A stretch of DNA of 64,000 nucleotides, taken from positions 8,443 through 72,442 of the forward strand of contig JANMCN010000133.1 of the NCBI GenBank assembly GCA_031361295.1. The letters are read 5' to 3'. A program made the position numbers and the translations under genes. The notes under the pieces are model-generated. The model worked only from the letters and a program-made list of their open reading frames with translations, was not told where the DNA came from and did not search any database. The DNA is from Acidobacteriota bacterium (GTDB lineage Bacteria > Acidobacteriota > Vicinamibacteria > Vicinamibacterales > 2-12-FULL-66-21). This document shows, one piece after another, positions 19,887 through 28,199 of the stretch (positions are counted from its first letter, which is position 1; every line of letters starts with the position of its first letter).

Positions 19887-22375
19887 CGGATGCGCCGGCG
19901 GGCGGCAAGGACGGCCGTCAGCTCGATGTTGGCCTCGAGAGCCATGTCGTGACCAATCGCGGAGAGGCGCTCTTCCGAATTCTCCAGCAGGGCCGCCGCG
20001 AACCGGCGCCGGGTTTCCAGCGCCTTGAGAGCCCGTCCGTCGAACAAGCCCACCTGGACCAGTTCTCTCGCTGCCGACGCGAGTTGGATGCGGATGGTGG
20101 AGTCCCGGCTCGCGAGCGGCTGCAGGGCGTTCCGATGCGCGGTCGTGGCTGTCTCGAGTACCCCTGCCTGCGCGGCCAGGACAGCCGCGCGCACCGAGGG
20201 TTCGCTTTCCGCCAGGAAATTCCGAACCGTGCAACGCACGTCAGTCGAGGATCGTCCAGTCGGGTTCCCGGATGTGTTCACGCGAACGCAGACCAGTTGA
20301 CGATAGACGGTGGCGCCGGCTGGCGTACACAGCGTGACGGTGTAGACGCAGACCAGCCCGGGCGATATCTGAGGATCACCGACATGCACGATGGTGGCGA
20401 CGACCCCGCGCGCCCGCCCCGGCGTTCGCGCCACCGAGCGCCAGGCGCGCTGCTGCGCGGCTCTCGCGGCTTCGGCCTGCGCGTCGAGGTGAAGTTCGGG
20501 CGGTGCAGTGACCGCCCGCTGGAGTTCGGGTGAAGGCACGGAGGGCGCGTCCGGGCGATCGAACGGCTGCCCCGCCATCACGGCCGAGGCCACCCTCGAC
20601 TCGTTGAGTGCATCCAGCAGCGCAGGGCCGAACGTCGAGGCTGCCGCCGCCCTCGCAACCCGGCTCGCCAGCGGCGCTAGCACGAGCCGCTCCGCGGTGT
20701 CGTCGGCAACGAGGAGGATTTCATGCACCCTCCGACGCTGGCCGAGCCGGTCGACTCTGCCCGTACGCTGCTCGAGCCTTGCAGGACTCCAGGGCAGCTC
20801 ATAGTGGATGACCGCCCGGCAGCCCGGGTGCCCCTCCCCGTGATGCAGGTTCAGACCCTCCGATGCGGCATCGGTCGCCAGCAGCAGACCGCCGGCCCGG
20901 GTGAACCCACGGATGGCCGACAACCGGTCGCGCGGCGAGAGGCCGCCGTGCAGGCGCAGCACGTCGTGGTGCGCCGCGGCCGCAGCCAGGTGCAGGTCCT
21001 CGAGGGTGTCGCGAAACTCCGTGAAGACCACGACAGGCTCATGGACGCGCCTCAGAAACCGCAGGAGGCAGCGTGTCTTCGATTCCCCGCGCGACGCATT
21101 TTCCGCGATGCCGATGATTGCCGAGAGCCATCTGCGCTCCCGCGCCAGATCGTCCAGCCCGGGAACCGCGAGGACACCGTCCGGCGGCGCGTCCTCGGCG
21201 CCGTCGGCGCCTTCCGGCAGCAGGGGGAGGGTCAACTGGTATTCGGCCTTTGCGGCGGACGTGTCAGCCAGCAGCGCGAGCCGTCGCCGTGCCGAAGTGG
21301 CGAGGGACCCGGCGCTCGACAGGGCGCGCTTCTTCAGCACAATCGCGGCGAGCCGAGCGTGCGCGTCCCGGCGCGTGGCGGCTTCGCGACAGACCGCCGC
21401 CGTATAGTCGTCCAGCACTCGATGCATGCGGCGCTCGGCCAGGGTGGGCGTCACCGGGAGCAGGATGGTCCGTCGGGCCGTCGCGAGCCCCGCGGCTGCG
21501 CGCGATCGCTGGAAGACGACCAACGGGGGGCCGCCGGCGCCGACGGCGCCGAGTCGACAAAGGGCGGCGAACTGCTCGGCGTCGCCGGCATGCGGTGTGG
21601 CGGTCAGCAGGACGACGCGGCTGGCGCGCGAGGCGAGGGCGTGGGCGGCGGTCCGGCGCGCGGTGCCGAGCGACGCGCCATGCGCCTCGTCGATGACCAC
21701 GACGTCCCAGTGCACGTGCTCGAGTGCCTGGAGGACTTCCGGTCGCTTGACGAAGTCGAACGACGAGAGATAGAGCCCAGGGAGCGTCCACGGGTTGACC
21801 TCCCCAGGAAGATCGCGGCTCGCGCGATCGAGCCAGTCGGCATCAGCGAGGCGCGTATCGATCTCGAACCTGGCCGCGAGCTCGTTCGACCACTGCTCCC
21901 GGAGGCCTGCCGGCACGACGATCAGCCCTCGGAAACCGTCGCGGCGAGCCAGTTCGGCCACGACCAGTCCGGCCTGGATCGTCTTGCCGAGTCCCACCGC
22001 GTCGGCGATCATCATCCGCGCAACGCCTCCGCGGATCATGGCCAGCGCCGGCTCCAGCTGGTAGGGCAGGAGATCGATCGCCCCCGTCGCCGCCGCCTGC
22101 AATCCGCCCACAGGTTGCGTCTGCGAGGCCATTTCGCGAAGGACGTGCAGCCAACGTCTTGGACGGAGCACAGCGATCGCCTGCGAGCGACGGATGCGCT
22201 GCGGGCGATCGAACGGTGTCAGGAGGGTCTGCTGCGGCTGCCTCGTCGCCGCGTCACGCGGCTGCAGCCGTAAGGCCTCGCACTCCGCGAAGGGCGTCCG
22301 CTCCAGGAGCGTCCACCGCTGTCCGCGCACGAACACGCGATCGCCAGGCCGCCAGGGTTCGTCGGCACCCACCAT
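19883..22375 (-). CDS. SNF2-family helicase (DISARM DrmD-like)
   Basis: ADAVGLGKT, DEAH, TATPH, ATDAASEGLNL, EQRTGRVDRLGQ; N-terminal PGDRVFVRGQRW. Confidence 0.88.
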   Translation of the reverse strand: MVGADEPWRPGDRVFVRGQRWTLLERTPFAECEALRLQPRDAATRQPQQTLLTPFDRPQRIRRSQAIAVLRPRRWLHVLREMASQTQPVGGLQAAATGAIDLLPYQLEPALAMIRGGVARMMIADAVGLGKTIQAGLVVAELARRDGFRGLIVVPAGLREQWSNELAARFEIDTRLADADWLDRASRDLPGEVNPWTLPGLYLSSFDFVKRPEVLQALEHVHWDVVVIDEAHGASLGTARRTAAHALASRASRVVLLTATPHAGDAEQFAALCRLGAVGAGGPPLVVFQRSRAAAGLATARRTILLPVTPTLAERRMHRVLDDYTAAVCREAATRRDAHARLAAIVLKKRALSSAGSLATSARRRLALLADTSAAKAEYQLTLPLLPEGADGAEDAPPDGVLAVPGLDDLARERRWLSAIIGIAENASRGESKTRCLLRFLRRVHEPVVVFTEFRDTLEDLHLAAAAAHHDVLRLHGGLSPRDRLSAIRGFTRAGGLLLATDAASEGLNLHHGEGHPGCRAVIHYELPWSPARLEQRTGRVDRLGQRRRVHEILLVADDTAERLVLAPLASRVARAAAASTFGPALLDALNESRVASAVMAGQPFDRPDAPSVPSPELQRAVTAPPELHLDAQAEAARAAQQRAWRSVARTPGRARGVVATIVHVGDPQISPGLVCVYTVTLCTPAGATVYRQLVCVRVNTSGNPTGRSSTDVRCTVRNFLAESEPSVRAAVLAAQAGVLETATTAHRNALQPLASRDSTIRIQLASAARELVQVGLFDGRALKALETRRRFAAALLENSEERLSAIGHDMALEANIELTAVLAARRRIR

Positions 22376-22597
22376 GCGAGGTGGACTGGCAAAGGCGCGG
22401 CCGGATGAGCAGCGGCGTCACCAGCCGCGGTCCGTTCGGCTGTAACTGGATGCAAAGGGGGGAGATCAGGCCCGCATGACGCGTCGCGCCGTTCGGGCCA
22501 CGCGGTCGCGGAGTCGCAGAAAGGACATCGCTCGCGAGCGTGGGGGTGAGCGGTAAATGCGATAGGGCTTCGCACGCCGGAACCCCGAACCCGGGAT

Positions 22598-24820
22598 CTA
22601 CCCTTCAGCTCTCATCTGATCCAGTGCGCGTTTCGAGAGGATGAGCGGTGGGGTTCCCTGCACCCGCGGGGCGGTGGACGCCGGTACGCGGACGCGGCGG
22701 ATCCGGCACCCGCGGCCGTACGTGACGCCGGCGACCTGCGGGGGGACCGACAGGCCCGCCATCAGTTCGCGGAGTTCGTCGGCCGGTGTCTCGGCCGTCC
22801 GCGCGGACGTTGCGGACCTTGATGCCGGCAGCCCCGGTGTGGCGGGTACGATGTGCCGCGCCCAATACCCGAGGGGCATCAATCGCAGCAGGGACGGCGC
22901 GTTCTGCGGGCCTATCCTGAAGTCCGCGAACGGGTCGGCGGCCCGCGCCGCAGCCGCTGCGGCGGCAGCCAGTTTCGCGCGCGCGGCGCGCGCGCGTTCG
23001 CGCTCGGCCTCGGCCGCTTCCAGACGCAGCCGCTCGCGTTCCGCCGCGGCCTCCGCCTCGAGCCGCAGGCGTTCGCGCTCGGCGGCTTCCCGCTGCAGGC
23101 GCTCCCTCCTGGCTGCGGCCTCGGCTTCGAGGCGGATGCGTTCACGTTCCGCCGCGGCCTCGGCCTCGAGCCGCAGGCGTTCGCGTTCTGCCGCGGCCTC
23201 GGCTTCCAGACGCAGTCGTGCGCGTTTCGCAGCCGCTTCGGCCTCCCGGCGGAGATGCTCTTCACGCGCGGCGGCCTCCGCCGCCATGCGCACGCGTTCG
23301 CGCTCCGCCGCTTCGGCCGCCAGCCGGGCACGCTCCCGCTCCGCCGCCGCAACGGCTTCGAGCCGCTGGCGCTCCCGCTCGGCGGCCGCCTCCGCCTCCA
23401 GGCGCAGCCGTTCGCGTTCCTTGGCGGCCGCCGCCTCACGGCGGCGCTGTTCCTCGACTGCGGCGGCCTCTGCGGCGAGTCGCGCCCGCTCTTGTTCAGC
23501 CACTCTGGCGCGCTCGCGTTCTGCGGCGGCGATCGCCTCGAGTCGCACGCGCTCGGCCGCCGCCTTGGCTTCGGCCCGGACGCGCTCGCGCTCCGCCGCG
23601 GCGATGGCTTCGAGGCGCACGCGCTCTTTTTCAGCCAGGGCCACCGCCTCGAGCCTGGCATGCTCACGCTGCGCCGCCGCCTCGGCTTCGAGGCGCTTCC
23701 GCTCTTCCGCCTCGGCACGCTTCCGCTCCGCGGCCGCGCGCGCCTCGAGGTCCCGCTGCGCCTTTGCCGCGGCCTCCGCCTCGCGCTTGATCCGATCGGC
23801 CTCGGCCGCGGCTGCGGTTTCCAGGCGGCGCCGCTCTTTCTCGGCTGCGGCGACCTCGGCGCGCAGGCGTTCCTTTTCTGCGGCGGCGGCCTGCAGGCGC
23901 CGGCGCTCCGCCTCAGCGGCCGCGGCCGCCTCGGCGCGCGCACGTTCCTTCTGGGCCGCGGCTGCCTCGAGCCGCTGCCGCTCGACCTCCGCGGCGGCGG
24001 CCGCTTCGGCGCGGCGGCGCTCCTTCTGGGCCGCCTTCGTCTCGACGGCCGCGCGCACCGCGTCGTCGGCGTCGACGCGCGCCTTCTGCTGCTGCGCGCG
24101 GGATGCGGCGGCTCGCTGTTCCTCTTCGCGGCGCAGTTCCTCCTGTTCGGCGGCGACGGCAATGGGCATCGCCGACACGAGCGGGGCGTCGTCGCGCGCC
24201 GGCGCCTCCAGGCGCGCCTCGATTGACTCAGCCGCGTTTGATTCAGGCGCGGCGTCGCTGCGTCTCCACTCGAATGGCGACGACCAGGCCGACCCCGACG
24301 AAGCCGGGTCTTCGGACAATTCGACCTGCGGGAGCTCGGACACGGCAGGCTCCTGCTGGAAGGCGCGCGACACGAGCGCAGGCCCGGCCTGCGCCTTGAG
24401 CTCGGCGGCCCGGGCAAGGAACGTGCTCACTTCGTCGGCGAACAGCGCGGGATCGCAGCCGGGCAGGGGTTCGGACTCCTTCTTGCGGCGGAACTTCGAC
24501 AGCAGGCCGCCCGATCCGGACGCCGGAGCCGCTTCGATCTCGCTCGATGCGAGCTGCGGAATCGTGTGCGTCTGCACATGGTCGGCGCCCGGGAGCGTCC
24601 GCAGGTGCGCCACCATCTCGTCTTCGTCCCGCGGCGACAGCAGGGCCGTCAGCAGGATCACGTCGGGCACCCGCGCGCTGAGCGCCGCGATCGCGGCGTC
24701 GCGCGAGTCGACGACGATCAGTTCGGCGCGGACGCGCTGATGGATCACGCGCGTGAGCAGGGCAGCCTGCCGCTGATCCGGCTCGACGGCGAGTACGAGT
24801 GCCACGTGTGTGTCTCTCAA
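22598..24820 (-). CDS. Receiver-like N-terminal domain fused to a very long Glu/Arg/Ala-rich helix
   Basis: LVLAVEPD...PDVILLT atypical receiver; about 400 aa of repeats such as LRLEAEAAAERER. Confidence 0.75.
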   Translation of the reverse strand: MRDTHVALVLAVEPDQRQAALLTRVIHQRVRAELIVVDSRDAAIAALSARVPDVILLTALLSPRDEDEMVAHLRTLPGADHVQTHTIPQLASSEIEAAPASGSGGLLSKFRRKKESEPLPGCDPALFADEVSTFLARAAELKAQAGPALVSRAFQQEPAVSELPQVELSEDPASSGSAWSSPFEWRRSDAAPESNAAESIEARLEAPARDDAPLVSAMPIAVAAEQEELRREEEQRAAASRAQQQKARVDADDAVRAAVETKAAQKERRRAEAAAAAEVERQRLEAAAAQKERARAEAAAAAEAERRRLQAAAAEKERLRAEVAAAEKERRRLETAAAAEADRIKREAEAAAKAQRDLEARAAAERKRAEAEERKRLEAEAAAQREHARLEAVALAEKERVRLEAIAAAERERVRAEAKAAAERVRLEAIAAAERERARVAEQERARLAAEAAAVEEQRRREAAAAKERERLRLEAEAAAERERQRLEAVAAAERERARLAAEAAERERVRMAAEAAAREEHLRREAEAAAKRARLRLEAEAAAERERLRLEAEAAAERERIRLEAEAAARRERLQREAAERERLRLEAEAAAERERLRLEAAEAERERARAARAKLAAAAAAAARAADPFADFRIGPQNAPSLLRLMPLGYWARHIVPATPGLPASRSATSARTAETPADELRELMAGLSVPPQVAGVTYGRGCRIRRVRVPASTAPRVQGTPPLILSKRALDQMRAEG
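22980..24010 (-). repeat. Intragenic degenerate 39-bp (13-aa) tandem repeat
   Basis: Recurrent LRLEAEAAAERER / VRLEAIAAAERER units; boundaries approximate. Confidence 0.75.
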
Positions 24821-24879
24821 CGATGGAGTGCCTTGCTGTGTGCCGCCCGGGTGCAGCGGACCGTGGTGTAGTGTGGCCC

Positions 24880-25143
24880 CTACGTCTTCACCATGAAGAC
24901 AACGAGCACGGCGCCCCCGACCGCGAAGATGAGCAGCGGCGCATTTTCGATGCTCTGCTGCCTGGCGGCGGTCATCAGCGCTCCGCTGAGATCGCTTGCC
25001 CGGTGCGAGAGCGACGAACGCCCGCTCCCCGACGCCAGGTCGCTGAACCGGTCACGAACCCGATCGTCCACGGACACGAGCATCAGCAGGACTCCGACGA
25101 AGACGGCCAGCGAGGCGAGGCTTTGCCGGACTGCGAGTTTCAT
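24880..25143 (-). CDS. Small 2-TM membrane protein
   Basis: MKLAVRQSLASLAVFVGVLLMLVSVD...APLLIFAVGGAVLVVFMVKT. Confidence 0.7.
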   Translation of the reverse strand: MKLAVRQSLASLAVFVGVLLMLVSVDDRVRDRFSDLASGSGRSSLSHRASDLSGALMTAARQQSIENAPLLIFAVGGAVLVVFMVKT

Positions 25144-25456
25144 AGGGCTGACTCTGTTGCGACGCCGGCGCCAGCGCCGGTGCGTCGATCGCGCAGTCGC
25201 AAATCGTGTGCCGCCGCGCGCAGGAGTCCGCGCCCTGTTAAATGCCCGCGAATACTGGCCGTGCGCCGCCGTCGTCCCTTCCCGTCCGGCGCCCCGTGCC
25301 CCTGACCGCACGAAAATCGCGGCGCCGCTTACGAAAGTGACGACCGGCCCCTCGCGCGATGGGGGGCGGGTCCGCCCGTTCGGCGGGGATCGCCTCCGGC
25401 CGGAACTGTTGCGAATGAACGACTTGGCGGGTGATGCCGATCGCTCTCTTCGCACC

Positions 25457-25473
25457 GTGGCACAGCCGTTGCG
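25457..25473 (+). promoter_or_regulatory. Sigma-54 (-24/-12) promoter of the flp/tad operon
   Basis: TGGCACAGCCGTTGC: TGGCAC and TTGC with exact GG-N10-GC spacing, about 105 bp before flp1. Confidence 0.8.
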
Positions 25474-25578
25474 ATTGGGACTCCCGTGGCGCGGTAAGTC
25501 ACCGCGCAATCGGACCAACATTGCGGCCGCGCCGCAAGATCGCACCGTAAACGCGGTGCACATCCCCGGGAGGATTCA

Positions 25579-25761
25579 ATGTCTCAGCTTGTTGCTTTCG
25601 TCAACTCGTTCCGCCGCAACGAAGAAGGCCAGGACCTGCTCGAGTACGCGCTGCTCGTGGCGCTCATCGCGCTCATCGCGATCGGCGCAGTGGGCCTTGC
25701 CGGTGGTGCGGTCAACACGATCTTCTCGAACATCGCGACGAAGCTCTCGGCCGCCGCGTAA
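25579..25761 (+). CDS. flp: Flp family type IVb pilin 1
   Basis: G|QDLLEY motif then hydrophobic helix; RBS GGAGG. Confidence 0.93.
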   Translation: MSQLVAFVNSFRRNEEGQDLLEYALLVALIALIAIGAVGLAGGAVNTIFSNIATKLSAAA

Positions 25762-25805
25762 CTGGGAGGCGGCGCGACTGACATCGCGCCGCCGGAGATC
25801 ACTAC

Positions 25806-25982
25806 ATGTTGATCAGTCATCTGAAGTCGTTCGGCAAACGGGAAGACGGGCAGGACCTGCTCGAGTACGCGCTCCTCGTCGCGCTCATCGCGCTCATCGC
25901 GATTGGCGCGGTGGGGCTTGCCGGCGGCGCGGTGAACACGATCTTCACCAACGTCGCGAACGCGCTGAGCGCTGCGGCGTAG
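25806..25982 (+). CDS. flp: Flp family type IVb pilin 2 (58 aa, absent from ORF track)
   Basis: MLISHLKSFGKREDGQDLLEYALLVALIALIAIGAVGLAGGAVNTIFTNVANALSAAA; RBS GGAG. Confidence 0.92.
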   Translation: MLISHLKSFGKREDGQDLLEYALLVALIALIAIGAVGLAGGAVNTIFTNVANALSAAA

Positions 25983-26063
25983 TCGTTGTCAGGGGGCGGT
26001 GGGCGGCTGACCGCCGCGCGCCGTCCCCGCCTGTCACTGAGGACCAGGGAGGAGCAGTCGCCG

Positions 26064-26255
26064 ATGCAGTCGCAAGTCGCCGTGGCCATGCTGAAGAAAG
26101 TCGCCGGTGTGCACCGGTCGGAAGACGGGCAGGACCTGCTGGAATACGGGCTGCTCGCCGCGCTGATTGCCATCATCGCGCTCGGCGCCGTGACGGCCGT
26201 GGGTAACACGATCTCGGTCGTGTTCTGGAACGCGATTGCTGCAGCCAGTATCTAG
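26064..26255 (+). CDS. flp: Flp family type IVb pilin 3 (divergent)
   Basis: EDGQDLLEYGLLAALIAIIALGAV; RBS GGAGG before ATG 26064. Confidence 0.88.
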   Translation: MQSQVAVAMLKKVAGVHRSEDGQDLLEYGLLAALIAIIALGAVTAVGNTISVVFWNAIAAASI

Positions 26256-26748
26256 CGCAGCGTTTGTCGCCCTGGCCGCCGGGGCGCTCGTCGCAACGAT
26301 TATCGATATTCGAACCCGGCGCATCCCCAATGCCCTGACCGCCGCGATGGCGGGGGTGGGCATCGGCCTCGCAGTCACCGGCATGAGCGGCGTGACCATG
26401 GGTTCGTCACTCGCGGGGCTGGTGGTCGGTCTGATGCTGATGATGCCGGGACACGTGATGGGCGCCACCGGCGCCGGTGACGTGAAACTGATGGGCGGCG
26501 TCGGCGCCATTCTCGGAGTGAAGCTGGTCGTCACCGCCTTTCTCTTTACCGCAATCGCCGGCGGCGTGCTCGCGGTGGCCGTCGCGCTCAGGCGGCGCAG
26601 GCTCGCCGCGACGCTCGCGGGAACCGGGCGGCTAATCGCCGCGCCGACGGGGCTGCCGGGCGAGTTGCGCAAGTCTTCTCCGGTGAGCCGGTTCGCGTAC
26701 GGACCGGCGATCGCGATCGGCAGTGTGATCGCCGCGATTGTCGGATGA
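26236..26748 (+). CDS. cpaA: Prepilin peptidase, A24 family (CpaA/TadV)
   Basis: DIRTRRIPN, GAGDVKL, FAYGPAI. Confidence 0.9.
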   Translation: MLQPVSSAAFVALAAGALVATIIDIRTRRIPNALTAAMAGVGIGLAVTGMSGVTMGSSLAGLVVGLMLMMPGHVMGATGAGDVKLMGGVGAILGVKLVVTAFLFTAIAGGVLAVAVALRRRRLAATLAGTGRLIAAPTGLPGELRKSSPVSRFAYGPAIAIGSVIAAIVG

Positions 26749-26778
26749 ACCCATGACGGCAGGGAAACAGAGAACGCC

Positions 26779-27195
26779 ATGACCAGAAGGCTTCGGAATC
26801 AACGCGGAGCGGCGCTGCTCGAAACGGCGATCACGCTCCCGCTCATCCTGCTGATCTCGGTCGCGATCTTCGAGTTCGGCCGCGCCTACCAGGTGCAGCA
26901 GGTGCTCACGAACGCCGCGCGCGAAGGCGCCCGCGTCGCCGTGCTGCCCGACTACACCGACGCCCAGGTCGTCACCATCGTCCGCACGTACCTGACGGAC
27001 GGCGGACTCACCGCCGTGGACCCGACGATTACCCGCAACATCGCCGTACCCCCGGGCACGGCCTCGCGCGTCACGATCAGCTACCCGTTCAATTTCATGG
27101 TGCTCAACCCGGTGGCGCGACTCGTGACGCCCTCCTCCACCCTCGGCAGCGGGGCCCTGCTGATGCAGGCCTCTGCGTTGATGCGGAACGAATAA
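26779..27195 (+). CDS. tadE: TadE-like pseudopilin
   Basis: RGAALLETA and NAAREGAR motifs. Confidence 0.9.
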   Translation: MTRRLRNQRGAALLETAITLPLILLISVAIFEFGRAYQVQQVLTNAAREGARVAVLPDYTDAQVVTIVRTYLTDGGLTAVDPTITRNIAVPPGTASRVTISYPFNFMVLNPVARLVTPSSTLGSGALLMQASALMRNE

Positions 27196-27208
27196 CAAAG
27201 GAATCCCA

Positions 27209-28075
27209 ATGCGCAGTCGAATCTTTGCCGTCCTCGCCATCGCCGTCCTCGCCGGAGGAGGGCTCGCGTATGGCACGTACAACTTCATCTCGACCCAGCC
27301 CGCCGCGACGGTGGCCGCACCCACGCAGCCGATCGTGGTGGCCGCGGCGAACCTCCAGCTCGGCGCCGAGCTGAAGAAAGAGGATCTGGCCGTGATTGCG
27401 TTCCCCGCCGGGAAGGCGCCGGAGGGCACCTTCTCGAAGGTCTCCGACGTGCTCGGCCGCGGGCTGATCGTGCCGATGGTGAAGAACGAGCCGGTCCTCG
27501 CCGCCAAGCTGGCCTCGAAGGAAGCGGGATCGGGCCTGCCGCCGGTCATCCCCGAAGGGATGCGGGCGGTATCGGTGCGCGTGAACGAAGTCGTCGGCGT
27601 TGCCGGCTACGTGCTGCCCGGCAATCGCGTCGACGTCGTCGCCACGGCGAGCCCGAACGACACCCGCGCGGATACGACCTCGCGCGTGATCCTGTCGAAC
27701 GTGCAGGTGCTCACCGCCGGCACGCGCATGGAACAGGACCAGGAAAAAGGCAAGCCGATGCAGGTGACCGTCGTGACGCTGCTCGTCAATCCCGAGCAGT
27801 CGGAGCGGCTGTCGCTCGCGAGCACGGAAGGCAAGATTCAGCTCGCGCTGCGCAACCCGATGGACCAGGGAGCCCCCGCCACGCCCGGCATCAAGACCGC
27901 CGGGTTGATGGGCGCCGTGACGGGACGGCCGGCGCAGTCGGCGTCGGTCTCCACACGGCCCCGGACCCCGGCGTCGGCCGGACAGCCCGTGACGCAGACC
28001 GCGCCCGCACCGGCGCCGCTGCCCACGGTCGAGATGATTCGCGGCGACAAGCGTTCGTCGGAAGTGATTCGGTAA
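27209..28075 (+). CDS. cpaB: Flp pilus assembly protein CpaB/RcpC
   Basis: SAF domain; GMRAVSVRV, GYVLPGNRVDV, LALRNP. Confidence 0.93.
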   Translation: MRSRIFAVLAIAVLAGGGLAYGTYNFISTQPAATVAAPTQPIVVAAANLQLGAELKKEDLAVIAFPAGKAPEGTFSKVSDVLGRGLIVPMVKNEPVLAAKLASKEAGSGLPPVIPEGMRAVSVRVNEVVGVAGYVLPGNRVDVVATASPNDTRADTTSRVILSNVQVLTAGTRMEQDQEKGKPMQVTVVTLLVNPEQSERLSLASTEGKIQLALRNPMDQGAPATPGIKTAGLMGAVTGRPAQSASVSTRPRTPASAGQPVTQTAPAPAPLPTVEMIRGDKRSSEVIR

Positions 28076-28080
28076 GTACC

Positions 28081-28172
28081 GGCTTCCAGCCGCCGGCTGC
28101 CAGCTTCCAGCGCGGAGGCCAGGGCGGCTCACAGGGTGCTGGGAGCTGGAAGCGGGAAGCTGGAAGCTGGTT
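28081..28172. repeat. Heptamer-armed inverted-repeat element (GCTTCCA / TGGAAGC)
   Basis: gcttcca gccgccg gctgcca gcttcca ... tgggagc tggaagc gggaagc tggaagc. Confidence 0.8.
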
Positions 28173-28199
28173 CACAACTGATTTATCGAAGGAGATCTC

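Noticed and set aside
16572-22375. Prophage, ICE or defence island around the helicase/MTase pair
   Set aside because: No integrase, transposase, tRNA attachment site, flanking direct repeats or visible composition shift.
22641-24740. Long alternative-frame and antisense ORFs (699, 501, 457 aa)
   Set aside because: Shadows of the low-complexity GC-rich repeat gene; Ser/Arg/Ala-only composition.
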